Position numbers and translations under genes: made by a program
Shown here: positions 7,815 to 17,097 of the stretch, one piece after another
Position numbering within the stretch: position 1 is the first letter of the stretch
Layout: the number at the start of each line of letters is the position of its first letter
The notes under the pieces: generated by a model
Told to the model about the DNA's origin: nothing
Seen by the model: only the letters and a program-made list of their open reading frames with translations
Database searches by the model: none
Origin: Candidatus Fimivicinus sp.
GTDB taxonomy: Bacteria > Bacillota > Clostridia > Oscillospirales > Acutalibacteraceae
NCBI GenBank assembly: GCA_052346825.1
Contig: DAWDUP010000003.1
Location: 9,055 to 38,286, forward strand
Length of the DNA: 29,232 nucleotides
Direction of reading: 5' to 3'

Positions 7815-9230
7815 TCAGATGCGTTCCTCCGTGGGAACATAAACGGCAGAACGGGGCTGCGCTTCCATGCGCTGCGCAATCGGGGTGTAAAAGCCTGGCA
7901 GAGAAACGCTCTTATAGGCCGGGCGGATGATTCGCCCGCCGCTGATGAGCTCCTCCAAACGATGCGCAGACCATCCGGCCATGCGCGCAACAGCAAATAG
8001 AGGCGTGAACAGGTCGACCGGAATGCCGAGCATCCGGTAGACGAGGCCGGAATAGAGGTCTACATTCGCGCACACGCGCTTCATATTGCCCTTCTCACGG
8101 GCGAAGATTTCGGGCGTGAGCCGTTCCACCAGCTCGATGGAACGGAATTTATCCTCAAATTCGGTGCCGGCGGCAAATTTGCGGGCTTGCTCCTTGAGCA
8201 GAACAGCGCGCGGGTCGGAGAGGGTGTATACCGCGTGGCCCATTCCATAAATCAGGCCGCTGTGATCGCCCGTCTGTTTATGAATGATGCGCTTGAGGAA
8301 ATCGGCAACCTGCCCTTCGTCCGTAATATCGGAAACCTCCCGCTCCATGCAATCGAGCATTTCCGTCACCTTGATATTGGCGCCGCCGTGCCGAGGGCCC
8401 TTAAGAGAGCCGATACCTGCGGCGATGGCGGAATAGGTATCCGTACCGCTCGAGGTGAGTACCCGCGCGGAGAAGGTGGAGTTGTTACCGCCGCCGTGCT
8501 CTGCATGCAACATTAGGCACAAATCCAGTAGCTTTGCCTCCTCGTCGGTGAATTTTCGATCGGAGCGGATGGAGTGGAGGATGAACTGTGCGGTGGTATG
8601 TTCCTTCTTAATCGGATGGATGTACATGCTCTTATGGTAATAGTGCCGGCGTTTGACCTGATAGGCATAGGTCATGATGGTCGGCAGCTGTGCAATAAGC
8701 TGGATTGACTGGCGCAGCACGTTTTCAATGGAAGTGTCGTCTGGCTGCTCGTCGTAAGAATAAAGCGCCAGCACTGAGCGGGCAAGTTTATTCATAATAT
8801 CGGGCGAGGGCGCCTTCATGATCATATCCTCGATAAAGTCCTCCGGAAGCTCGCGGCATTGGGCCAACGCCTGCGTGAAGGCGGTAAGCTGGGCCTGTGT
8901 GGGCAGCGTGCCGAACAGAAGCAACCAAGCGACCTCCTCATACCCGAAGCGGTTTTCTGCCTCGCAGCCATGAACCAGATCGAGCAAATCAATCCCGCGG
9001 TAGATCAATCTGCCGGGCACCGGGACACGTTCCCCATCGCTGACATAATAGCCCTGGACGTTGCAGATGCGGGTCAAGCCCGCCATCACGCCGGTCCCGT
9101 CGGAATTTCGCAGGCCGCGCTTGACGGAATACCGCTCAAAATCGGCGGGGTTGATCGAGTTATTTTTATCCAGCTCTCTGCATAAACTGGAAAGAGAATC
9201 GTTGGAAAGGGGGGAGATGTAATTTGCCAT
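7815..9230 (-). CDS. gltA: Citrate synthase (citrate/2-methylcitrate synthase family)
   Basis: LIYRG, HAEHGGGNNSTFSAR, GPRHGGAN, YGMGHAVY..DPR, ANVDLYSG, FAVARMAGWSAH; start ATG 9230 or GTG 9239. Confidence 0.93.
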   Translation of the reverse strand: MANYISPLSNDSLSSLCRELDKNNSINPADFERYSVKRGLRNSDGTGVMAGLTRICNVQGYYVSDGERVPVPGRLIYRGIDLLDLVHGCEAENRFGYEEVAWLLLFGTLPTQAQLTAFTQALAQCRELPEDFIEDMIMKAPSPDIMNKLARSVLALYSYDEQPDDTSIENVLRQSIQLIAQLPTIMTYAYQVKRRHYYHKSMYIHPIKKEHTTAQFILHSIRSDRKFTDEEAKLLDLCLMLHAEHGGGNNSTFSARVLTSSGTDTYSAIAAGIGSLKGPRHGGANIKVTEMLDCMEREVSDITDEGQVADFLKRIIHKQTGDHSGLIYGMGHAVYTLSDPRAVLLKEQARKFAAGTEFEDKFRSIELVERLTPEIFAREKGNMKRVCANVDLYSGLVYRMLGIPVDLFTPLFAVARMAGWSAHRLEELISGGRIIRPAYKSVSLPGFYTPIAQRMEAQPRSAVYVPTEERI

Positions 9231-9271
9231 AGGCACCACCGCTCTAATTTAAAAATATAATCGTTCTTAAT

Positions 9272-9300
9272 ATTGTATAGCAGCTACAAAATAAAGTCAA
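9272..9300 (-). promoter_or_regulatory. SigA-type promoter for citrate synthase
   Basis: TTGACT (9300-9295), 17 bp, TACAAT (9277-9272). Confidence 0.65.
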
Positions 9301-9431
9301 GGTTTTCGATGAGAACATACAAAGACAGGATCACAGGAGGTTTTGTGTTTTTCGGCCGGAAGGGTGAGCTGGACTGCGTCTTCGCCAACTGCCCAAAACT
9401 TCCGCCCTGTATGGAAAGGATGGCGAAAAAT

Positions 9432-10430
9432 ATGCGCAGATATGGCGTTTTATGCGCGGTGCTGTTGATGATCATGGTGGTCACGCCGCTGCTGGCAATG
9501 GGGGAGGGTTCTGCCCCGATATCGGACAGCCCCTCCAGCGGAAAGACAACCACTGCGGCTCAAGACAGCGCAGGCGATAAGGATGGAACGATGAAGGTGC
9601 TGCGCGCCTCGAGCAACCGGGTGGAAACGATGAGCGACCTCGATTATGTCATCGGGGCGGTCAGCGCTGAGATGCCGCCCACCTATCACATAGAGGCGCT
9701 TAAAGCGCAGGCCGCGGCCTGCTATACCTTTGCGCTACGCAGCCGGAACGAACAGCTGAAAAAGCCGGACGAAGCGCTTTCCGGCGCCTACCTCAATGAT
9801 GACAGCGCACAGCATCAGGGCTATATCAGCAAAGAGGAGAGCAAGGCAAAATGGGGCGATAAGTTCGATACCTACTATAAGAAGATCAGCGAAGCCTGTG
9901 AGGCAGTCGTCGGCAAGGCGATCCTCTATGATGGGGAGCCAATCATTGCAGCCTTTCACGCGATCTGCAGCGGACAGACGGAGAGCGCGCAGGTGGTCTG
10001 GGGCAAAGATATTCCCTATCTGCAGTCCGTTTTGAGCACGGGAGACAAGCTTTCGCCAGACTACGCGTCGACGCTTTCCCTGACGAAAGAGCAATTCAGC
10101 AGCATGGCGAAAAAGCTCGATAAGGTTTCCCTGGAGGGCGATGCGGCAAAGTGGTTTGATCAGCTGGAGACATCCAAGGCAGGTACGGTTACCTCCATCA
10201 CCATCGGCGGGCAGAAAGTGACCGGACAGCAGGTCCGGGAGACCTTCGGCCTACGAAGCGCATGCTTTACCCTGGAATATAAAAACGACCGGTTCATCTT
10301 CCACGTCAGCGGCTATGGCCATTGCGTGGGGATGAGCCAGTACGGCGCGGATTATATGGCCCGGCAGGGCAGCTCCTGGGAGGAAATCATCAGGCATTAT
10401 TATAAGGGAGTAGAGCTCAAGGAGCTGTGA
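9432..10430 (+). CDS. spoIID: Stage II sporulation protein D (lytic transglycosylase)
   Basis: N-terminal membrane anchor; DYVIGAVSAEMP..EALKAQA, GLRS..F, GYGHCVGMSQYGA..MA..G..WEEIIRHYY; RBS GAAAGGATGG before ATG at 9432. Confidence 0.93.
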   Translation: MRRYGVLCAVLLMIMVVTPLLAMGEGSAPISDSPSSGKTTTAAQDSAGDKDGTMKVLRASSNRVETMSDLDYVIGAVSAEMPPTYHIEALKAQAAACYTFALRSRNEQLKKPDEALSGAYLNDDSAQHQGYISKEESKAKWGDKFDTYYKKISEACEAVVGKAILYDGEPIIAAFHAICSGQTESAQVVWGKDIPYLQSVLSTGDKLSPDYASTLSLTKEQFSSMAKKLDKVSLEGDAAKWFDQLETSKAGTVTSITIGGQKVTGQQVRETFGLRSACFTLEYKNDRFIFHVSGYGHCVGMSQYGADYMARQGSSWEEIIRHYYKGVELKEL

Positions 10431-10435
10431 GCGCG

Positions 10436-11008
10436 TTATCTGCCTGATTTCTTTTGTGGATGCTCCAGCCGGTTCATCAGGCTCTTCCGCGCGCGGGAAA
10501 GCTTGACGCGCGCCAGCTTCTCAGAACAATTGAGAAGGGTAGCCATTTGGGCACTGCTGCAGTCGTAGGCATATTTCAGGGAGAGGATATACCGGTAATC
10601 GGCGGGAAGGCAGCGGATGGCCTCTAGGATTTTCGCCTCTTCCTCTCGGTGAAGCAGAAGCGTATCCGGGCGGGTTCCCCGGTCCTCCGGGTCGGCGTTG
10701 AACTCTGCCATCTCCTCGAGGGACGCAGCGGGCTGGTTTTTGCCCTGCTTTCGCTTGATGTCGTATGCAATATTTTTGACGACAGTCATCAGGAACCCGG
10801 CTGTTTTGTGCTCCTGCGTCTCGTCGATTTTACCCAGGCAGCCGATGATCCGGATGAAGGTTTCCTGCACGGCGTCCTCCGCCAGATGCTCGTCCCCAAG
10901 GATGTTCTGCGCCGTGTATTTGAGGCAGCGTTCATATTGGTGGAAGAGGCGCTCAAATTTATCGCGGTCCTCCTGCGTGTCAATCATGGAAAGATAAACA
11001 GAAAGCAT
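10436..11008 (-). CDS. ECF-type RNA polymerase sigma-70 factor
   Basis: Region 2 AEDAVQETF..KNIAYD and region 4 LPADYRYILSLKY..MATLLNCSEKLARVKLSRAR; RBS AAGGGGGTG before ATG at 11008. Confidence 0.9.
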   Translation of the reverse strand: MLSVYLSMIDTQEDRDKFERLFHQYERCLKYTAQNILGDEHLAEDAVQETFIRIIGCLGKIDETQEHKTAGFLMTVVKNIAYDIKRKQGKNQPAASLEEMAEFNADPEDRGTRPDTLLLHREEEAKILEAIRCLPADYRYILSLKYAYDCSSAQMATLLNCSEKLARVKLSRARKSLMNRLEHPQKKSGR

Positions 11009-11078
11009 GCGCCCACCCCCCTTGCCGCATGAATACAGCCTGTTTAACAGCTGTGTAGCAATGGCCTTGATATGGATT

Positions 11079-11107
11079 ATTTTAGCATGCTTCCCTGTAG
11101 AAGGCAA
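11079..11107 (-). promoter_or_regulatory. SigA-type promoter for the ECF sigma gene
   Basis: TTGCCT, 17 bp, TAAAAT, with extended TG. Confidence 0.55.
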
Positions 11108-11154
11108 GTTTCGAGCAGAAGAAATCCGTATCGACAAATTTTTTGACGCGAGAA

Positions 11155-11197
11155 GGGCGCGTTGCAAAATGATAAACATACATTTTGCAACGCGCCC
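11155..11197. repeat. 17-bp perfect inverted repeat downstream of cadA (terminator-like; member of a dispersed family)
   Basis: GGGCGCGTTGCAAAATG-N9-CATTTTGCAACGCGCCC. Confidence 0.75.
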
Positions 11198-11237
11198 CTT
11201 ACGATCGATCATGGAATGCGTTTTACAGCAGATCATC

Positions 11238-13370
11238 TTATGATTTTTTGCGCAGGATGCGGGCGGAATTGAGCACCGCTAGGATCGTTACACCGACGTC
11301 GGCAAACACTGCCGCCCACATACCGGCAAGGCTCATTGCGCCAAGCACAAGGACGATGCCCTTTACGATGAGCGCAAAGGCAATATTAACCCGAGTAATC
11401 CGCATGCAGCGGCGGAAGAGAGTGATCGCCTGCGGCAGTTTGGAGGGCTGGTTGTTTGTCAGGACAACGTCGCCTGCTTCGATCGCCGCGTCTGTGCCAA
11501 GGCCCATCGCAATACCGACGTCCGCCGCGGCGAGGACGGGCGCGTCGTTGATCCCGTCACCGACAAAGGCGGTGACCCCGCTTTCCCGCTTGATCTGCTC
11601 CAGAAGCTCCACCTTTTCCTCCGGCAGCAGGCCGGCGTGATATTCTGTAATGCCACAGGCCTCTGCAGCTGCTTTGGCGGCCTCTTCATGATCACCCGTG
11701 AGCATGACAATGCGGTTTACGCCCAATTCCCTGAGCTGTTTCACAGCGAGGGCAGAGTCCTCGCGTAGCTTGCCGGAGACGGAGATCGCGCCCAGAAGCT
11801 GACCGCCGCGCGCAACGTAGATCATCTCATCGGGCAAAGCGGAGAGATCGATATGGTGCGCCTGCATCAGCCGTTTTGCGCCGCAGAGAATTTCCGTGCC
11901 GTCCGCCGTGACGCGGGTTCCGCCACCCGGCGTCTCGGAGAAGTCCCCGATGCGGGATTCGTCCACTATCCCATAGGCTTCGACGATCGAGCGGGCGATC
12001 GGATGGCTGGAGCGGTATTCCGCGAGCGCGGCAGCCTCCAGCACCTCCTGTTCAGAAGCGCCGTTTACAGCGGCGACATGTGTGACGGCGAATTGATCGG
12101 TGGTCAGCGTGCCTGTTTTGTCAAAAACGACGGCCCCTGGCTTTTCCAGTGTTTCAATATAGCTGCCGCCCTTGACGAGGATACCGCGTTTGGCAGCAGC
12201 ACCCACGCCCGCAAAAAAGCTTAGTGGAACGCTCAGGACGAGCGCGCAGGGGCAGGAGGCAACAAGGAATACGAGGGCATTATGCGCCCACACTCTCCAG
12301 TCTCCACCCAGAAGAGGTGGCACAACAGCCAGCAGAGCCGCCATTACGACGACGACCGGCGTATAAATTTTAGCAAATTTTGTGACAAGCCGCTCCGCCG
12401 GCGCCTTACGTTGGGCAGCATTTTCCACCATATCGATGATGCGGGATGCGGCGGATTGCGCATATGGATTGATAACGCGCATCGTTAGGGTGCCGGAGCC
12501 GTTGATCATTCCGCTGAGCAACTCGGACTGGGGGCCGACATTTTGCGGAGCGCTTTCTCCTGTGATGGCGGAAGTGTCCATCGTGCTCTCCCCGGAGAGC
12601 ACCTCGCCGTCGAGCGGAACGCGCTCAAAGGGCAGGATCTGCAGCGTTGCGCCCACTTCCACCTCTTTGGCGTCAACCTGACGCGACGTGCCATCCGAGA
12701 GAAGAAGATTGGCGGTGTCTGGACGGATTTCAGATAGGGCTGCAATGGATTTGCGGGAACGGCCGACCGCATAGTGCTCAAACAATTCTCCAACGCCGAA
12801 GAACAGCGTGACCGCGGCGGCTTCTGCGAACTCTCCCATGAAGGAGGCAGCGACAACGGCGATGGTGACGAGCAGGTGTTCGTCCAGGCTGATATGGCGC
12901 AGGCTCTTGACGGCATCCAGAAATACGGGCCAGCCGGAGAGAAGAAGGCTCAGGATGAACACAATGGGGGATACGATCGTGGGAATCCAGCTGATTTCTT
13001 TGCAGAGATACGCCACGACGAAAAAGACGGCGGACGCGATAACGGTGCCGATCTGCCATTTTCCTTCCGCTCCCTCATGCTCATGGCTGTGCGCGTAATC
13101 AGGATCATGCGCATGGCCGCCCGTATGGGAAGTGCCGCTGTATTGCGATAGTTCAACCGCAACACATTCCGGTTCCACACGGCTAATTTCCCGGTTGATC
13201 CGGTCGATCAGCTGATCAGCATCCCCATCGGCGGTCAGGGTCAGCATAGCGGTCGGGAAGCTGACGCTGACCTCGGAGAAGGCGTCGACAGCGGATAGTC
13301 GCTCTTCGATTTTGGATGCACAGCTTGCGCAGTCCAAATTGCATAATTTATATTGTCTTCGATCCTTCAT
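11238..13370 (-). CDS. cadA: Heavy-metal (Zn/Cd/Pb) translocating P1B-type ATPase
   Basis: N-terminal LDCASC metal-binding domain, His-rich linker, TGES, SCPCAL, DKTGTLT, SHP, GDGINDAP, FADVG. Confidence 0.95.
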   Translation of the reverse strand: MKDRRQYKLCNLDCASCASKIEERLSAVDAFSEVSVSFPTAMLTLTADGDADQLIDRINREISRVEPECVAVELSQYSGTSHTGGHAHDPDYAHSHEHEGAEGKWQIGTVIASAVFFVVAYLCKEISWIPTIVSPIVFILSLLLSGWPVFLDAVKSLRHISLDEHLLVTIAVVAASFMGEFAEAAAVTLFFGVGELFEHYAVGRSRKSIAALSEIRPDTANLLLSDGTSRQVDAKEVEVGATLQILPFERVPLDGEVLSGESTMDTSAITGESAPQNVGPQSELLSGMINGSGTLTMRVINPYAQSAASRIIDMVENAAQRKAPAERLVTKFAKIYTPVVVVMAALLAVVPPLLGGDWRVWAHNALVFLVASCPCALVLSVPLSFFAGVGAAAKRGILVKGGSYIETLEKPGAVVFDKTGTLTTDQFAVTHVAAVNGASEQEVLEAAALAEYRSSHPIARSIVEAYGIVDESRIGDFSETPGGGTRVTADGTEILCGAKRLMQAHHIDLSALPDEMIYVARGGQLLGAISVSGKLREDSALAVKQLRELGVNRIVMLTGDHEEAAKAAAEACGITEYHAGLLPEEKVELLEQIKRESGVTAFVGDGINDAPVLAAADVGIAMGLGTDAAIEAGDVVLTNNQPSKLPQAITLFRRCMRITRVNIAFALIVKGIVLVLGAMSLAGMWAAVFADVGVTILAVLNSARILRKKS

Positions 13371-13759
13371 AAGGAAATACCACCTCTCTTGTGCAGAATA
13401 TGCTGCAGCCCTGCTGCAAAGATCGAGTGGACGTGCTCGTCGTCCAGCGCATAATAGATCGTTTTCCCATCGCGCCGCGGTCGAACCAATCCGGCGGCGC
13501 GCAGGATGCGCAGTTGATGGGAGATCGCGCTTTGGCCCATGCCGAGCAGCTCTGCCAGGTCACATACGCATAACTCATGGTCAAGCAGAGCACTCAGGAT
13601 GCGGATGCGCGTGCTGTCTCCAAACACCTTGAACAACTCGGCCACATCATAAAGAACTTCTTCGTCCGGCATCTGCGCACGGGTACAGGCGACCACGTCC
13701 TCGTGTGTTTCCAGCTCTGCGCAGCAGCCCTCAGGAATCACAGGCGTTTTGTTTTCCAT
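13367..13759 (-). CDS. cadC: ArsR/SmtB family metal-sensing repressor (CadC/ZiaR-like)
   Basis: N-terminal CC, ELCVCDL, SAISHQLRIL, alpha5-type DDEHV..H; ATGA overlap with cadA. Confidence 0.9.
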   Translation of the reverse strand: MENKTPVIPEGCCAELETHEDVVACTRAQMPDEEVLYDVAELFKVFGDSTRIRILSALLDHELCVCDLAELLGMGQSAISHQLRILRAAGLVRPRRDGKTIYYALDDEHVHSIFAAGLQHILHKRGGISL

Positions 13760-13803
13760 GTGGAAATCCTCTTCTCTTAGAAAAATAAATGCTTACATGA
13801 GAT

Positions 13804-13829
13804 ATCATATGATCATCTGTTCATATGAT
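13804..13829. promoter_or_regulatory. SmtB/CadC-type operator
   Basis: ATCATATGA-N8-TCATATGAT inverted repeat just downstream of the -10 box. Confidence 0.8.
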
Positions 13830-13835
13830 GATTTT

Positions 13836-13864
13836 AATATAACCCAATTTTCTGAAAAAGTCAA
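13836..13864 (-). promoter_or_regulatory. SigA-type promoter for cadC-cadA
   Basis: TTGACT (13864-13859), 17 bp, TATATT (13841-13836). Confidence 0.7.
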
Positions 13865-13995
13865 GAGAAATGAAAATTTTCTGCCTCCTAATTTTACCAT
13901 TTTCCTTTCTGCCCGGTCTGGGTCTGCAAAAGAGGGAGGGACGTCTGAAGCCCCTCAGATCTGGGCAGCACGCTTTCTTCTGCACCGCGTTTTGC

Positions 13996-14024
13996 TTGTG
14001 AATTGCAGGGAGTTGTGATATAAT
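13996..14024 (+). promoter_or_regulatory. SigA-type promoter upstream of proBA
   Basis: TTGTGA, 17 bp, TATAAT, with extended TG; a second TGgTATAAT lies at 14126-14134. Confidence 0.6.
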
Positions 14025-14188
14025 GACCTCACGAATCTCTAAGGAATCGAAGATTCCAAGAGCTTCGGGGAATATGGAACCACTGATTCGGGTTGCCGCC
14101 TATTGCGCCAAAGCGCAATAGATTATGGTATAATCGCATGTATCCATTGATTGGAAGGAAACCAGCAGTGTAGAATAGGGGATTGGAA

Positions 14189-14986
14189 ATGCCGGTATTA
14201 AAACATGCAAAGCGCATTGTCGTAAAGGTGGGCACCTCCACGCTGACCTATGAGACAGGGAAAACGAATATTCGCCGGATGGCGAAGCTCGTCAGCGTCC
14301 TATCGGATTTGCTCAATTCCGGGATGGAGATCGTTCTGGTCACGAGCGGGGCCATCGGGGTCGGCGTGGGGAAGCTTGGGCTTCGCCAGCGCCCGGAGGA
14401 TACGCCGGGCCGTCAGGCCGCCGCGACTGTTGGGCAGTGCGAGCTGATGTTTATGTATGATAAGCTGTTTGGCGAGTACGGGCATACTGTCGGTCAACTG
14501 CTCATCACCCGCGGCGACATTGAAAATGAATGCAGGAAGACCAATCTGGTCAACACCTTTGAAAAGCTTTTTGCCTTCGGCGCGATTCCCATTGTCAATG
14601 AAAATGACAGTGTGGCGGTAGAGGAAATCGTCTTCGGCGATAACGACAGCCTGTCCGCCATTGTGGCAAGGCTCGTGCAGGCGGACGCTTTAATCATCCT
14701 CAGCGATATCGACGGCCTGTATGAGAGCGACCCGCACAAGGATGCAGATGCACGGTTGATTCCGGTGGTGGAGGAGATCGACGACCGGATCCGGGCGCTT
14801 GCCGGGGGCAGCGGAACGCAGCGCGGCACTGGCGGAATGGTGACAAAGCTGCATGCCGCAGAGCTTGCCACACAGGCAGGTATTGATACCATTGTAATGA
14901 ACGGCGACGCCCCGCAGGATCTTTATAAGATTCTGGAAGGGCGGCAGATCGGCACATTTTTTAAAGCGAGGAGGATTCGGGAATGA
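14189..14986 (+). CDS. proB: Glutamate 5-kinase (no PUA domain)
   Basis: RIVVKVGTS, VTSGAIGVG, IVNENDSV, FGDNDSLSA, LSDIDGLY, GTGGMVTKL. Confidence 0.96.
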   Translation: MPVLKHAKRIVVKVGTSTLTYETGKTNIRRMAKLVSVLSDLLNSGMEIVLVTSGAIGVGVGKLGLRQRPEDTPGRQAAATVGQCELMFMYDKLFGEYGHTVGQLLITRGDIENECRKTNLVNTFEKLFAFGAIPIVNENDSVAVEEIVFGDNDSLSAIVARLVQADALIILSDIDGLYESDPHKDADARLIPVVEEIDDRIRALAGGSGTQRGTGGMVTKLHAAELATQAGIDTIVMNGDAPQDLYKILEGRQIGTFFKARRIRE

Positions 14987-16227
14987 CCGCATTGGAACAG
15001 ATGGGGCAGCGCGCGAAAGAAGCGGAGCGCTTTTTGCGCACGGCGTCCACTGCGTGCAAGGACAAAGGCCTTGTGGAGATCGCAGATGCCCTGATGGAAA
15101 ACTGTGATGCGATTCTGGAGGCGAATACCCGCGACATTGCAAACGGGGAACAGGCGGGAATGAGTGCGGCGCTGCTTGACCGCCTGCGACTGAGTCAGGC
15201 TCGTATCGCCGGGATGGCGCAGGGTGTGCGCGATATCATCGCCCTTGCGGACCCGGTGGGCCGGGTTCTGTCCGGCGGCAACCGCCCGAATGGGCTTCAG
15301 ATCGTAAAGGTGGCCGTACCGCTCGGCGTGGTGGCCGTGATCTTTGAGGCACGCCCGAATGTGACGGCGGATGCGGCGGCGCTGTGCCTAAAGTCCGGCA
15401 ATGCGGTGATCCTGCGCGGCGGCAAGGAGGCCATCCACTCCAACTGCACGATTGCAGGCATCATGCGCCGCGCACTGGAAAGAGCAGAACTTCCGCAGGA
15501 CTGTATCCAGCTGGTGGAGGACACATCGCGCGATTCTGCCAATGAGTTGATGCGGCTTAATGATTATGTGGACGTTTTAATTCCCCGGGGCGGCAGCGGA
15601 TTGATCCGCGCCGTGGTGGAACATGCGACCGTTCCGGTGATTGAGACAGGCGTGGGCAATTGCCACGTATATGTGGATCAGGCGGCGGAGATCGGGACGG
15701 CGGAGGACATCGTCTTCAATGCGAAGACTTCGCGCCCCTCGGTCTGCAACGCCTGCGAAAGCCTACTGGTGCATCGCGATATCGCGGAACAGGCGCTGCC
15801 CGCGATCAAACGCCGCCTCGACGAAAAGCAGGTGATCCTGCGCGGAGATGAAGCGGCACGCGCGATTCTGCCCGGCATTGAAGCCGCGCAGGAGGCGGAC
15901 TGGGGCACGGAATATCTGGGTTACATCCTGTCCGTGAAGGTTGTTGACAGCATCGACGAGGCAATTACACACATCGGCCGCTATGGAAGCGGGCACAGCG
16001 AATGCATTGTGACGCAGAATTATGCGGCGGCGGAGCAATTCCTCAATGAGGTGGATGCGGCTGCAGTCTATGTCAACGCTTCCACCCGCTTTACGGATGG
16101 CGGCGAATTCGGCTTTGGCGCGGAGATTGGCATTTCCACGCAGTAGCTGCACGCACGCGGCCCACTGGGGCTCAATGAACTGACAAGTGTAAAATATAAG
16201 ATTTATGGTACGGGGCAGATCCGGTGA
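14983..16227 (+). pseudogene. proA: Gamma-glutamyl phosphate reductase interrupted by an in-frame TAG at 16144-16146 (nonsense allele, sequencing error or read-through); 414 aa if read through
   Basis: [95 protein letters not shown] then TGA at 16225-16227. Identity as proA is near certain; pseudogene status is not. Confidence 0.85.
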
Positions 16228-16270
16228 GTGGGAACCCGTACTATGCTGAGAATAGGAGGATTTGCCCATT

Positions 16271-17083
16271 ATGGATACTAAGGCAAGGCCGGCTCGGAAA
16301 AAGAGAAGAGCCTGGGCGTTCCCGCTGGGATTGCTCATGATCATATTGGTGATCGCAGGAGTCGTTGCAATCGTGGGCGCCGGCGTCAACGGCGTCAAGA
16401 GCGTTGTGGAAAAACGGGAAAGCGCGTTGAAGGAGGAATATCAGACGTTCATCGCGCCCGTCGTGATGAATGATCCCGCGCCGTTTGACGATCTGAGCCA
16501 GGCGAACGTCAGTCAGCTGATGGAGGCCTCGGTCTGGTCCCTGCTGCGCAGCGATTTGGATCCGGATCAGTATCCATATGAGGAGGGCGGCTATATGCTC
16601 ATCCCACAGGCGGATGTGGAGAAGCAGTTCGAACGCCTGTTTGGGACAGAGGTAAAACCGCAGCATGCCACGATCACCGGCTATGGCTATGAGTTTCCCT
16701 ATGATGCGGCGGCCAAAACGTATCATATCCCGGTTGCAGGCGTCGATCAGCTCTATACACCCCAGATTTATGACATCGAGAAAAGAGGGGCGACGACTTA
16801 TTTGACAGTCGGATATATTGCGGGCGGCCAGTGGTGGCAGGATGCGCAGGGCAATATTGTGGCCCCGGAGCCGGATAAATATATGAAAATTACCCTGCGC
16901 GACAAGGGCGATTCTTATTATATCAGCGCGATCCAGGCGACTGATCCGCCTGAGACGGCGCCGACCAAGCAGCAGCCGTCCGATCCGCCGGAGGAAACGA
17001 CTACCGAGCCCTCCTCCGGATCAGAAATGGATTCCTCCACTGCGGCGGCAACAACTGCTGCTGCGCAGGCCACTGCCGGGTAA
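16271..17083 (+). CDS. Hypothetical membrane-anchored extracytoplasmic protein with a Pro/Thr/Ser/Ala-rich tail
   Basis: RBS AGGAGGA; basic N-terminus, one TM helix, globular domain, low-complexity C-terminus. Confidence 0.85.
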   Translation: MDTKARPARKKRRAWAFPLGLLMIILVIAGVVAIVGAGVNGVKSVVEKRESALKEEYQTFIAPVVMNDPAPFDDLSQANVSQLMEASVWSLLRSDLDPDQYPYEEGGYMLIPQADVEKQFERLFGTEVKPQHATITGYGYEFPYDAAAKTYHIPVAGVDQLYTPQIYDIEKRGATTYLTVGYIAGGQWWQDAQGNIVAPEPDKYMKITLRDKGDSYYISAIQATDPPETAPTKQQPSDPPEETTTEPSSGSEMDSSTAAATTAAAQATAG

Positions 17084-17097
17084 AGGGATTATTCATC

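Noticed and set aside
9273..9431. Extended N-termini given in the ORF track (spoIID here; likewise the ECF sigma, nadB, nadC, the response regulator, queG and darA)
   Set aside because: Downstream starts have clear RBSs and match family N-termini; several of the extensions run through promoter DNA or neighbouring genes.
11238..13864. cadC-cadA as mobile resistance cargo
   Set aside because: No transposase, integrase, flanking direct repeats or obvious compositional shift.
14030..14100. ydaO (c-di-AMP), ZTP or T-box riboswitch in the proBA leader
   Set aside because: Only fragmentary similarity (GAATC, TGGAACCA, GCCGCCT); core conserved elements of each class are missing.
16147..16200. PYLIS/SECIS-like hairpin after the proA TAG
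   Set aside because: Only a weak GGCCC/GGGGCT pairing; no convincing stem-loop, so there is no local support for programmed recoding.
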